Shown here in pieces: positions 19,710-29,385 of a DNA stretch of 64,000 nucleotides. A program made the position numbers and the translations under genes. Below the pieces are notes generated by a model, which made no database searches, was not told the DNA's origin, and saw nothing but the letters and a program-made list of their open reading frames with translations. This stretch comes from an uncultured delta proteobacterium (GTDB lineage: Bacteria > Desulfobacterota > Binatia > Binatales > Binataceae): contig CAWCDG010000004.1 of the NCBI GenBank assembly GCA_963794325.1, positions 1,664,001-1,728,000 of the forward strand, read 5' to 3'. Each line of letters begins with the position of its first letter. The stretch's first letter is position 1.

Positions 19710-22287
19710 TCGGCCGCACCTGCTCTGGCTGCTGGTGCTCGCGCCGATTGCCGCGACACCGGGAATTTTCGCGATGCGGAGCGGACTGCGGATGGCAGGC
19801 GCTGCCTCCGCGACGCTGCGCGCGCTGTGCGTCGTCGCTCTGGTTGCGATGCTCGCGGGGTTGCGCATTCCCGGTCGTATCGCCGCGCAAAGCGTCGCGG
19901 TGGTTGCGGTGATGGACGAGTCGCGATCGGTGTCGCCCGATCAGCAGGATTGGATGCATCGGCAGATCGAACAGTTGAAGTCCGCTATGGCGCCGACCGA
20001 TCAGCTTGGGATTATCGGTTTCGGACGTGACGCGCGCCTGCTCGCGCCTTTGACCGATCCTCGGCTGCTGGGTCATTTTGCCAACGGTGTCGACGGCGGC
20101 GCCACCAATATCGCCAGCGCTCTGACCGCGGCGGAGAGCTTATTTGCGCCGGAGGCCGACAAGCGAATCGTGCTGCTGAGTGACGGCAACGAAACCGAGG
20201 ACTCCGCATTGGCCGAGGTTCCCGCGATGCTCGAGGACGGCGTGCGGATTTTCGCCGCCGCGCCGCCGCCGTCGGCGACCGAGCGAATCGCAGTCACCAA
20301 TTTTTATTCCCCGGACGCGGTCCGCGCCGATCAGCGCTTTGCATTCAGGATCGACGTTGAAAGCGAATCGCAGTCGCCGGTTGCTGCAAATCTCAAGCTC
20401 TATCGCGACGACACCGCCGTCGGCGGCGAGTCGATCAAGCTGAAGCCGGGGCTGAACCGCTTCGAACTGCCGTATCGCCTCGATAGCGCCGGCGCGTACC
20501 TGATGAGCGCCGAAGTCTCGATTGCGCCGCCGCGCATCGCGCTGAATCCACGGGTCGAGGCCCCGATTTCGGTGACCGGTGCGCCGCGGATTCTGATCGT
20601 TTCGAATTCGCTCCCGGAAAGCCTCGTGACAGCGCTGAAGATGCGCAAGTACCAGATCGATTTCGTGTCGCCGAGGAGTCTGAGCGAGCATCCGGTGGAC
20701 TACCTGCCGTATCAGCTCCTGATCCTCGACGACGTGCCCGCCGGATCGGTTACCTCAGCGGCGCAGCATGCGCTCAATCGCTACGTCGCCGACTATGGCG
20801 GCGGATTGGTCGCGACCGGCGACACGCTGCGCGAGGCGAGCCTGGCCGGTGGCGATCTGGAAAAGGCGCTGCCGGTGAAGTTCGTGACGCAGCCGCCGCC
20901 GCCGTCGCGCGAGCCGATCGCCGTCTATCTATGCATCGATCGTTCGAACTCGATGAGTTACGACTCGCGCTATCCCGCCGTGCGCGACGGCGAGCGGATT
21001 CGCTATGCCAAGGAAGCCGCGATCGCACTGCTGCGCCAGCTTGACGATACTGACATGGCCGGCGTGATCGCGTTCGATTCGCAGCCGTACGTCCTCGCGC
21101 ATCTGCAGCCGCTCGGCGAGGATCGCGGCGAGCTCGAAAACCGCATCGACCGCCTGCAACCGGGCGGCGGCACCGACTTCAAGGACGCGCTCGAAATCGC
21201 CGAGCGCGAGATTCTGCAAAGCGGCATCCCGGTGCGCCAGGTGATTCTGCTGACCGACGGCGACACCAACCGCCAGTATCACGACCACGACGATTTGATT
21301 GCCGAGTTTGCGCGCCAGCACATCCCGGTCTCGACCATCCGCATCGGCCCCGACCTCGCCAACCTCGAACTGCTGCAGGACTTCGCGCAGGCGACCGGCG
21401 GAATCTTCTATCGCGTGCAGGATATCGAGAAGCTGCCGTTGCTGCTGGTCGGCCTGACGCGCGAGGCGATGAACCGGCGCAAATCCGATCGGACCACGGT
21501 CGAGGCCGGCGAGGCGTCCGCGATGCTCTCCGGCATCGGCATCAAGGATATACCGCCGATCGATTTTTTCGCCGCGACCGAGGCCAAGGACGGTGCGCAA
21601 GTCATGTTGAAGGTCACGCGCGCCGACAAAGCCGCTCCGCTGCTCGCGTCGTGGCAATACGGACTCGGCCGCGCGGCGATTTTTGCCGGCGATCCCGATT
21701 CGCTCGCGACACTGAGCTGGATTCGATGGAACCGCTACGCTGAATTCTGGTCGCAGCTCGCGAACTGGACGATGCGTCAGGGCGACTCCGGGCTGTTCAC
21801 GCTGCGCGTGCACGGCGTGCCCGACGGGTCGATCATGCTCGAGGCCGAAAAAGCCGATCCCAATCCGGTGAGCAATCTGGTCTGCCGAATCACCGGATCA
21901 GGCCGCGCGATCGACGTTGCGATGACCGAAGCAGACGCTTCCATTTACCGAGGCGAAGTCGGTCCGCTGCCACGCGGCAAGTACGCCGCCACGCTGATGT
22001 TCAAGGCGGGTGATTCGGAAAAAGTCCTCGAGCAGCGCGAATTCGCAACCGCCGGATCGATTCCGGCCGACAGCGCCGAGCTGCGCATCAAGCCGCCCAA
22101 TCTCGAATTGCTGCGACGCCTTTCGAGTGCGACTCACGGCAGTTTCGACGCGACGTCCGCGACCATTGCCCGCCACACCGGTCAAACCGTGGCATTCCGC
22201 CGCAGCGCCGATCCATGGCTGATTCCGCTTGTAATCATGCTGTTCCTGGGAGAAGTTTTCGTGCGACGCCGCTATCTGGGCGACTGA
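19702..22287 (+). CDS. Membrane-anchored double vWA domain protein with a GATase-like region
   Basis: MIDAS-type DESRS and DRSNS, LLSDG and LLTDG, WQYGLGRA; TM helices at both termini. Confidence 0.85.
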   Translation: MFDRPHLLWLLVLAPIAATPGIFAMRSGLRMAGAASATLRALCVVALVAMLAGLRIPGRIAAQSVAVVAVMDESRSVSPDQQDWMHRQIEQLKSAMAPTDQLGIIGFGRDARLLAPLTDPRLLGHFANGVDGGATNIASALTAAESLFAPEADKRIVLLSDGNETEDSALAEVPAMLEDGVRIFAAAPPPSATERIAVTNFYSPDAVRADQRFAFRIDVESESQSPVAANLKLYRDDTAVGGESIKLKPGLNRFELPYRLDSAGAYLMSAEVSIAPPRIALNPRVEAPISVTGAPRILIVSNSLPESLVTALKMRKYQIDFVSPRSLSEHPVDYLPYQLLILDDVPAGSVTSAAQHALNRYVADYGGGLVATGDTLREASLAGGDLEKALPVKFVTQPPPPSREPIAVYLCIDRSNSMSYDSRYPAVRDGERIRYAKEAAIALLRQLDDTDMAGVIAFDSQPYVLAHLQPLGEDRGELENRIDRLQPGGGTDFKDALEIAEREILQSGIPVRQVILLTDGDTNRQYHDHDDLIAEFARQHIPVSTIRIGPDLANLELLQDFAQATGGIFYRVQDIEKLPLLLVGLTREAMNRRKSDRTTVEAGEASAMLSGIGIKDIPPIDFFAATEAKDGAQVMLKVTRADKAAPLLASWQYGLGRAAIFAGDPDSLATLSWIRWNRYAEFWSQLANWTMRQGDSGLFTLRVHGVPDGSIMLEAEKADPNPVSNLVCRITGSGRAIDVAMTEADASIYRGEVGPLPRGKYAATLMFKAGDSEKVLEQREFATAGSIPADSAELRIKPPNLELLRRLSSATHGSFDATSATIARHTGQTVAFRRSADPWLIPLVIMLFLGEVFVRRRYLGD

Positions 22288-22322
22288 GTTCGCTGTCCCG
22301 GCGACTTCCGATGGAGCAGCTG

Positions 22323-22871
22323 ATGAAAATTTCCGCCGCCAATCTTCCTCATCTGATCGCCGGTGCCGCAATCCTTGCAGCCATCGCCGCTCCCGCGATT
22401 GCCGCCACCTCGCCGCGCGACACCAAGGCTCTCGCCCAAGCCACTTACATCTATATTGCGACGGTTCGCAAAGACGGCAACCAGAGCAAAGCCGTGCCCG
22501 TCTGGTTCATCACGACCGCCGACAACCAGGTGCTCATCGAAACTTCGCCGACCAGTTGGAAGGCCAAGCGAATCAAGCGCGGCAGCCCCGCGATGATTTG
22601 GATCGGCGCGCGGACCGGCCCGGCGTTCATCGGCAACGCGGAAATCGTCACGGATACGAAGCTGCAGGACCAGGTGATCGCCGAGTATCCAAAGAAATAC
22701 CTGCTCGCGCGAATCGGCTTCGCACGTCCGTCTCGCGCAAAGCTCGACCGAGGCCAAATCGTCGTGATTCGAATTTCGCCGACGCGCGATTTGCCCGACG
22801 GATTTCAGTCCGCGCCCGGCACTCGCGCCCCCGCTCTCGACGAGAAGCCAAAGCCCGCCAGCGCCCAATAG
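22323..22871 (+). CDS. Pyridoxamine 5'-phosphate oxidase-like (split barrel) protein with a signal peptide
   Basis: IATVRKDG..PVWF and SWKAKRI motifs; Ala-rich signal-like N-terminus. Confidence 0.7.
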   Translation: MKISAANLPHLIAGAAILAAIAAPAIAATSPRDTKALAQATYIYIATVRKDGNQSKAVPVWFITTADNQVLIETSPTSWKAKRIKRGSPAMIWIGARTGPAFIGNAEIVTDTKLQDQVIAEYPKKYLLARIGFARPSRAKLDRGQIVVIRISPTRDLPDGFQSAPGTRAPALDEKPKPASAQ

Positions 22872-22916
22872 AACGCATCTTGAAATTGGTCTGCCATTAG
22901 GCCAGCATCCCGACCC

Positions 22917-23861
22917 ATGCGTCTAGTCAGATTGGCAATGGCTTTGGTCGCCACCGCGCTGCTGTTCAGCACCAACTGCTTGGCGAGCGACTTCTTTTCG
23001 CTGCGCGATCCGGGCGCCGATTTGCTCACGCCCGCGCCGCATCAAATCGACATAGAGGCCGACGACGCCTACATGTTCACGGTAGGCTCCAATACCCTGC
23101 GACGTCGCATCAATTCTTTTCCCGACAGCGCAATCAGCCTGCAGCACGACCTCGGCGTCTCGCAGTTGCAGTTGACCGAGACGTTGCTCAGCTTTTGGTT
23201 CGACAGAGTCAATGCGGTCCAGTTCCAGTTCCGGTACTACGGCATCTACGGCAGCAAATTTGAAACACAGCCGCTGGCGTTTGGCGGGACGTTCCTCTCG
23301 CCGAATCAAAAGCTCAACCCCGGCGGCACGCGCTGGTACACGTTCGGCGGATACTACGAGCGTCGCCTGACGCCGCTATATGAAAACTGCGAAGCGGGAT
23401 TGCCGCAGTTTCTACAGGGATGGGACTCGCGCGCAAAGGTCGGCCTCGAATTCACGTACAACGATTTTCGAATCAACGACGGTACTCCGTTGTTCAGCCA
23501 GCGGTCGCCCTACGAAGCGCGAATCCGGTTTCATGAAAAAGGATTGCCGATACCCGTCATCGGCATCGAGGAGCGTCACTGGCTGGGAGACAATTTCGCG
23601 GTCGAGATAACCGCGCAGGGCTACTGGATCAACAAGTGGAACAGTGGGCGCAGCGAGGGCGGTTCGACGGTGTACGACTCGCAGTCCGGCTTCGAGACTC
23701 ATTGGCGCGTGGTTTACGCGAACCCCGGCTGGCGTGGTTTCTCGCCGTTCGCGGGATTTAACTACAACTACTCGAAGTACACGCAGACTGGATCAGGCGT
23801 CGGCAATCTACTGCGCGTGCAGTTATACGGTCCCGAAGTCGGCTTCAACTGGAGTATCTGA
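22917..23861 (+). CDS. Putative outer-membrane beta-barrel protein
   Basis: Signal peptide, aromatic-rich beta strands and C-terminal GPEVGFNWSI. Confidence 0.6.
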   Translation: MRLVRLAMALVATALLFSTNCLASDFFSLRDPGADLLTPAPHQIDIEADDAYMFTVGSNTLRRRINSFPDSAISLQHDLGVSQLQLTETLLSFWFDRVNAVQFQFRYYGIYGSKFETQPLAFGGTFLSPNQKLNPGGTRWYTFGGYYERRLTPLYENCEAGLPQFLQGWDSRAKVGLEFTYNDFRINDGTPLFSQRSPYEARIRFHEKGLPIPVIGIEERHWLGDNFAVEITAQGYWINKWNSGRSEGGSTVYDSQSGFETHWRVVYANPGWRGFSPFAGFNYNYSKYTQTGSGVGNLLRVQLYGPEVGFNWSI

Positions 23862-23918
23862 TCTTCGGACTCAAATAGTCGCTAGCTTCAAGCGCGCCGC
23901 GGAGTAAGAATCGGTATC

Positions 23919-24317
23919 GTGCCAAGAGACTCTGCATCTGCGCTGATCAAATGCGCGCTGAACTGCCGATGCCCGGTGTGCCGCAATGGCGCGATCTTCC
24001 AGTCGCACTTTAAAATGAATCGCGAATGCCCGCGATGCCACGTCGTGTTCTGGAAGGATCCCGGCGAAACGCTCGGCGCGATGTATCTCGACTTCGCGGT
24101 GGCGGCCGGCTCATTCCTGATCTGCTGGGCGATTCTAGCCTTCGCCACGCACCTCTCTGACGCCGTCGAGATTTTCATTTTGTGCACCGTCGCATGCGGC
24201 ACCGTCCTGCTCTGCTACCCGCTGACCCGCAGCGGATGGACCGTGCTGGTCTATCTTTCAGGCGGGATCGAGCGCCCGCGCCTCCGCACAATCCAGGGCG
24301 GCAAAAAGTCCGCCTGA
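23919..24317 (+). CDS. DUF983-like zinc-ribbon membrane protein
   Basis: RCPVCRNGAIF..CPRC followed by two TM helices. Confidence 0.75.
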   Translation: MPRDSASALIKCALNCRCPVCRNGAIFQSHFKMNRECPRCHVVFWKDPGETLGAMYLDFAVAAGSFLICWAILAFATHLSDAVEIFILCTVACGTVLLCYPLTRSGWTVLVYLSGGIERPRLRTIQGGKKSA

Positions 24318-24336
24318 AAGTTCTCTTTGTCTTTAC

Positions 24337-24364
24337 TCCGGTTCCCCTTCCCGCGCGGGAAAGG
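24337..24364 (+). repeat. Partial family A repeat
   Basis: TCCGGTTCCCCTTCCCGCGCGGGAAAGG, lacking the TTAGGGG tail. Confidence 0.8.
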
Positions 24365-24377
24365 TCTTTCTGTTCCT

Positions 24378-25151
24378 GTCCACAGATAGGTGATGTCGCT
24401 GACCCAGCCGGCGTTGGGCGCGCTCATGGCGAAACGCCGCGCCAGCAGATTACCTTTAATCGCCATTGCGTGTTTGGAGTCGGTGGTGCAGCGAAAGCGC
24501 CGGCGCACCCGCGCGCGCAGCCCCGCCGTTCGCATCAGGCGCGCCACCCGCTTGCGCGCGCAACGCTGCCCGCGCTGGTGCAACTCCGCATGCACCCGCG
24601 GACTGCCGTAGCGGCCGCGGCTCTCGGCGTGGATCGCGGCCACCTCCAACGCCAGGCGCTGGTCCTGGCGCCGACGCTCAGCCGCCGGCCGTTTGCGCCA
24701 GGCGTAGTAGCCCGAGCGCGAGACGTGCAGCACCCGGCACATCAGCGCCACCGGGTAGCAGGCCTTCTCCGTCGCGATGAAAGAGAATCTCACTGGTTCT
24801 CCTTGGCGAAGAAGGCCGTCGCTTTTTTTAGGATTTCGCGCTCCATCCGCAACCGCTGGTTCTCGCGCCTGAGCTCCGCCAGCTCTTCGCGCTCGCTGCG
24901 CTTGAGCGCGCCGGCGGGCCCCCGGCCGGCCTCTACTTCGGCCTGCTCCACCCATCGCCGCAAGGCGGTCTCTCCGATCCCCAGCTCCAGCGCCAGCTGC
25001 CCGATGCTCTTGCCGCTGCTTTGGATCAACGCACCGTCTCGGCCTTGTACTGGTCCGAGAACTTCCTCCGCTTCCGTTCCTGCTCCATCGTCCACTCCTC
25101 CGCGCGTACTTTCGCGCTTTTCGGAGTGTCCATCAAACCGGGTCAAGTCCA
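24378..25151 (-). mobile_element. Truncated, degenerate IS3-family insertion sequence
   Basis: Left end TGGACTTGACCCGGTTTGATGGACAC at 25151. OrfA (25088-24790) reads RRKFSDQYKAETV..EREILKKATAFFAKE with a frameshift near 25028. An A7G slippery site lies at about 24822-24829. OrfB has VSRSGYYAW, YGSPRV and WVSDITYLW, then is cut before the rest of the DDE core. Confidence 0.92.
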
Positions 25152-25195
25152 TCCGGTTCCCCTTCCCTCGAGGGAAGGGGTTAGGGGTTAGGTTC
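25152..25195 (+). repeat. Family A repeat
   Basis: Full 44-bp copy abutting the IS end; contains the aminotransferase stop codon. Confidence 0.9.
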
Positions 25196-26375
25196 TTCGC
25201 AGCCGAGCCGCCAACTTTTCCTGCAAATGGCCGAGTCGTTCGGCAGCCGCCGCAATCGTCTCGTCGCTCTTCGAAAACGTGAATCGAATCTTCCGATGCC
25301 CCAGTTCCGCGCGATGATAGAAGCTTGAACCGGGTACCGCTGCGACGCCAACTTCATCGAGCAGAAAGTCCGCCGCCGCGAAGTCGTCCTTGAATCCCAT
25401 CCCGCCAATCTCGGCCACGATGTAATACGCGCCATCAGGATTGCTGCATTGCAGACCCGCCCGGGTGAGCGCCGCGTAAAGCGCCCCGCGTTTGCGCTCG
25501 TACATCGCAGTCAATTCTACATAGAACGACTCCGGCAGCCTGAGCGCGACCGCCCCTGCCTCCTGCAGCGGATGCGGCGCGCCGACCGTCAGGAAGTCAT
25601 GCACCTTGCGAATCGCCGCGGTCAGCCTCTCGCTGGCGATTGCGTATGCCAGCCGCCATCCCGTAATCGAGTAAGTCTTCGACAGCCCGCTAATCGTGAT
25701 CGTCCGATCCGCCATCCCGGGAAGGCTCGCAATCGAGATGTGACGTGCACCGCCGTAAATTATGTGCTCGTAAATCTCGTCGGTGATCGCAAGCGTGTCA
25801 TGCCGTACGCATAGCGCGGCGATCGCCTCGAGCTCCGCGCGGGTGAACACCTTGCCGCTCGGATTGTGCGGAGTGTTGATTACGATCGCCTTGGTGCGCG
25901 GGCCGAACGCGGCTTCGAGCTCGGCGCGGTCGATCGAGAAGTCAGGGTCGCGTAGCGCCACGTAGCGCGGCGTGGCGCCGGCCAGAATCACGTCAGGGCC
26001 GTAGTTCTCGTAGAACGGCTCGAAGATGATTACCTCGTCGCCGGGGTTGATCACCGCCAGCATCGCCGCGATCATCGCCTCGGTCGCGCCGCAGGTTACC
26101 GTGATATTGCGGTCGGGGTCGCACGCGATGCCGTTGTAGCTGCGAACCTTGTCCGCGATTGCGCGCCGGAAATTCGGTGAGCCGTGCGTGATCGCGTACT
26201 GGTTGTATTCTTCGTCGATCGCGCGCTTGGCCGCTTCCTTGATTGCGGCCGGCGCCGCAAAGTCGGGAAATCCCTGCGCCAGGTTCACTGCCCCGCATTT
26301 CAACGCCCGCCGCGTCATCTCGCGGATTACGGACTCGGTGAACAGGCGTGTCTTGGAGGAAATATCAGTCGGCAT
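25188..26375 (-). CDS. PLP-dependent aminotransferase class I/II
   Basis: NLAQGFPD, NTPHNPSGK, DEIYEH and SKTYSITGWRL (PLP lysine) motifs. Confidence 0.93.
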   Translation of the reverse strand: MPTDISSKTRLFTESVIREMTRRALKCGAVNLAQGFPDFAAPAAIKEAAKRAIDEEYNQYAITHGSPNFRRAIADKVRSYNGIACDPDRNITVTCGATEAMIAAMLAVINPGDEVIIFEPFYENYGPDVILAGATPRYVALRDPDFSIDRAELEAAFGPRTKAIVINTPHNPSGKVFTRAELEAIAALCVRHDTLAITDEIYEHIIYGGARHISIASLPGMADRTITISGLSKTYSITGWRLAYAIASERLTAAIRKVHDFLTVGAPHPLQEAGAVALRLPESFYVELTAMYERKRGALYAALTRAGLQCSNPDGAYYIVAEIGGMGFKDDFAAADFLLDEVGVAAVPGSSFYHRAELGHRKIRFTFSKSDETIAAAAERLGHLQEKLAARLRRT

Positions 26376-26578
26376 GGCTCGATCGCGATTACCGCGCGAA
26401 GTCGCAGTCTAGCTGCGCGCCAGTATGCGCGACAACTTGCTCGATTTGAGGGGTGCCTTAAACGAAAAAATAACTGAAGATTTTACCGAGTTGACTTCGG
26501 CGACCGGTCGAGTCAGTGGAATTGTCAGTCGATCCTGAAAATCGTCGGGAGTGCTCCGCCGATTTTCAAGGCCGGCGA

Positions 26579-26782
26579 CTAATCCACCACTTCCTCTTCC
26601 AGTACGCCGGGTCCCTGCCGCAATCGCCACTCGTCGATTACCTCTACATTGAAGCGCCAGTCGCTGCCGATTTTGAAACCGGGCAACTGTCCCTTCTTGA
26701 GCAGGCGGTAGATCGTCGAGCGATGTACTCGCAGGTACTCGGCTAACTCATTCACCGTCAGGACTTTCGTCGAGGATGCCAT
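26579..26782 (-). CDS. Excisionase-like (HTH_17) DNA-binding protein
   Basis: LTVNELAEYLRVHRSTIYRL..LPGFKIGSDWRF; GAGG RBS. Confidence 0.88.
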   Translation of the reverse strand: MASSTKVLTVNELAEYLRVHRSTIYRLLKKGQLPGFKIGSDWRFNVEVIDEWRLRQGPGVLEEEVVD

Positions 26783-27029
26783 TCGTTCACTTCCTCTTTA
26801 ATGCGCCTACCCATTCTTAGGCTGGCAAACAGACTATCATAAAACCTGAACTACGCTATAGACCCTCTTATTGGACTATTTCCCGTGCAACGTCAAGTCT
26901 TATTGGGGTATGCCTCGCGATATTGTGCTATTCACAACTCAATCGGGGTTGTTTCTGTGCCTTGCGAACTTCCTCCGTAATCACATCATTCGCTGCGCTT
27001 CGTGAACTTTACCTGACGAGAAGCAAAAT

Positions 27030-28490
27030 TTAACCGAACAATCGAATTGCCGCCTCCCTCAACTCAGCGCGATGGTCCGGATGTGCTATCGAGATCAGTT
27101 CGGCGGCGCGCTCGCGATGGTTCTTGCCGAGCAACCGCGCGATTCCGTACTCCGTCACGACAGTATCGGCGAAATAGCGGGGTATCGTGACCAGCGAACC
27201 CGCTTCGAACTGCGGCACGATACGCGAAATCGCACCGCCGACCGCCGTCGATTGCAGCAAGGTGATCGCGCGTCCGCCCGGGCTAAGAAACGCACCGATA
27301 TGAGTCTCCGGCTGCCCGCCGGTCCCGTTCATCATCCGCGCCCCCAGCAGGCTCTCGGAGTTAATCTGCCCGGTCAGATCGATTGCGATCGCATTGTTGA
27401 TCGAGGTCTGCCGGTAATTCGCAGCCAGCGTCGCCAGCTTGAGGGTGTATTCCGGATCGTAGAGTTCGAACGCCGGATTGTCATCGATTATCCGCAAATC
27501 GTCGGGATCAGATCCCGACCATGCGACCGCCACCGCCTTGCCGCGATGGATCGTTTTGCGCCGTCCGTTGATTATCCCCGCGTCCACCAGCCGCGCGATC
27601 CCCGGCGCGCACATCTCGGTATGCAGGCCCAGGTCGTGCTTGCCGTCGAACGCGCCCATCCGCGGCATCTGCGAGCTGGGATCGCCGACTCCGATCTGAA
27701 TCGTCACGCCGTCATCGACAAGCTCGCTCAGGTATCCAGCCACCGCCTTGAACTCGACGGGCGGCGGCGTGATACCGAGGAGCACGCGCAAATCCGCAAG
27801 CGCGACACGCTGCAAATATTGGACGAGCGGCCAGATACGCTCGACGCCGACCTCGGCGATTATCGATCGGATGCCTTCGCGCTTATCGGCGTCCATCGTG
27901 GCGAGCGACGCCTCGATCACCGCCAGGTCCGGCGGTGGCGGAGTTCCATCGACGAAATACTCGAACTCCGAGACGTGCATATACACGTCGCCGTAAGTGC
28001 GCGTCATGGTCGCATCGACTTCCGCGATCGCGTGACGTGCGCGCCGCGCATACATCCGCTTGTTCCACTGATGTGGCCCGAAACTGACGAATCCCTTTGC
28101 GTTGGGAGTGGTGACGCTGACGAAAGTGAAATCGATCGGCTTGTCTTCGGCCGGCCGCTCATCATGCGGTTTGAAGCCGGCCGAAAATAAATTCGGCAGG
28201 TAGGTCGCCTGCTGCCGGTCGTGCGCCGGACGTCCCACGTTGCCGATGAACAACTCGAACTCGATCCTGAACCGATGCGCGACGTCTCCGCCCAGCCATC
28301 CCGGATCGATCAATGGCGACGACATCCGGAGATCCACCACGCCATCGAGATGCTTGCCGCGCGCCGCCAGCGCGCGCTGCATCACGGTCCCCGAGGCGAA
28401 CGGAAAACTCACCCGCATCCCCGGCTTCACCATGGCGGCCGCTTGATCGGCTGAAATCGTGCGCGATCGATAATGCTCCTGCCAGTTCAT
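27030..28490 (-). CDS. Acetyl-CoA hydrolase/4-hydroxybutyrate CoA-transferase family protein
   Basis: QIGVG, GLHTEM (catalytic Glu), IDLTGQ, GTGGQ, VVTEYGIA and IAHPDHR motifs. Confidence 0.88.
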   Translation of the reverse strand: MNWQEHYRSRTISADQAAAMVKPGMRVSFPFASGTVMQRALAARGKHLDGVVDLRMSSPLIDPGWLGGDVAHRFRIEFELFIGNVGRPAHDRQQATYLPNLFSAGFKPHDERPAEDKPIDFTFVSVTTPNAKGFVSFGPHQWNKRMYARRARHAIAEVDATMTRTYGDVYMHVSEFEYFVDGTPPPPDLAVIEASLATMDADKREGIRSIIAEVGVERIWPLVQYLQRVALADLRVLLGITPPPVEFKAVAGYLSELVDDGVTIQIGVGDPSSQMPRMGAFDGKHDLGLHTEMCAPGIARLVDAGIINGRRKTIHRGKAVAVAWSGSDPDDLRIIDDNPAFELYDPEYTLKLATLAANYRQTSINNAIAIDLTGQINSESLLGARMMNGTGGQPETHIGAFLSPGGRAITLLQSTAVGGAISRIVPQFEAGSLVTIPRYFADTVVTEYGIARLLGKNHRERAAELISIAHPDHRAELREAAIRLFG

Positions 28491-28596
28491 TTCCGCGCTC
28501 CCTCGTGGCAAACAGGATCGTTGAGCCGCCACAATGGCCCAAGTCGCCAACGCTGGCAAACTTGTCCGCCCCGACCCGAGCGGTTAGCTTTCGAGC

Positions 28597-29211
28597 ATGC
28601 TGATTGCCGACGGCGAGTTCCGCTACGACATCCGCCGCGCCGGCGAGTTGATAGCCGTCGAAACTGAATCGCTCGCGTGGGGGCTGATTCGCGGCTCCCG
28701 GCGCGCGGCAATCGGCGCGAACGTGTACGAAGTGGAGGCCGAACTCGATGACGCCGGCCTGGTCCGTCGAGTTGCCCTGAGCTACAGCCGCGGCCCCTTC
28801 ACCCGCAACGCCAGCTACGAATCGATCGACAGTTTTCTCCGCGGCAACATCAGCACCGGCGGGAGCCGCAATGACCTGGCGACCAAGCTCGGCCGCTACG
28901 GCGAAGTGGATGCCGACCTGGTCATTTTCCGCGCGCTGACCATCGCACACATCCGTGAACGCGGGCAGACGCGATGGACCGGGCGCATTGCCGCAATCGA
29001 TTCGAACACGCTGGTCGCCGCAACCAGCAAGCAGTCATGCCGCCAGCGCGGCAACGATCCGCATCTGTGGACCTACGAGCCGCGGATGGGCGACTCCGAG
29101 GAAATCGAGATCGACGACGCGGGCCACGTGGTGCGGCGGCGCGATTCGCGCGGCGTCGAGACAGTGTTGGTGTCAAAGACGATCCGCGATGCGGAGGAAC
29201 CTAACCCCTAA
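28597..29211 (+). CDS. Hypothetical beta-rich protein
   Basis: Best-fitting ORF with host-like codon usage, divergent from the CoA-transferase; its stop lies inside a family A repeat. Confidence 0.6.
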   Translation: MLIADGEFRYDIRRAGELIAVETESLAWGLIRGSRRAAIGANVYEVEAELDDAGLVRRVALSYSRGPFTRNASYESIDSFLRGNISTGGSRNDLATKLGRYGEVDADLVIFRALTIAHIRERGQTRWTGRIAAIDSNTLVAATSKQSCRQRGNDPHLWTYEPRMGDSEEIEIDDAGHVVRRRDSRGVETVLVSKTIRDAEEPNP

Positions 29212-29240
29212 CCCCTTCCCTCGAGGGAAGGGGAACCGGA
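29197..29240 (-). repeat. Family A repeat
   Basis: Exact reverse complement of 25152-25195. Confidence 0.9.
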
Positions 29241-29272
29241 ACGCTGAGAAATCCTTCCCCTCACAAAACTTC

Positions 29273-29369
29273 CTAACAGGGACGAAGTCCCGCATCTTCT
29301 CTTAATACTGGGTGCAGGGGTCACCCCTGCCGCGGAAGCGTGAAACCCGCGAAGGGTTTCACATTCAAT
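29273..29369 (+). repeat. 97-bp three-hairpin repeat, family E
   Basis: 95/97 identical to the reverse complement of 37868-37964. Confidence 0.9.
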
Positions 29370-29385
29370 TAAGTGTATTGCGCCC

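Noticed and set aside
26579-26782. Prophage or ICE implied by the excisionase-like gene
   Set aside because: No integrase, att-site tRNA, or structural or transfer genes in the window.
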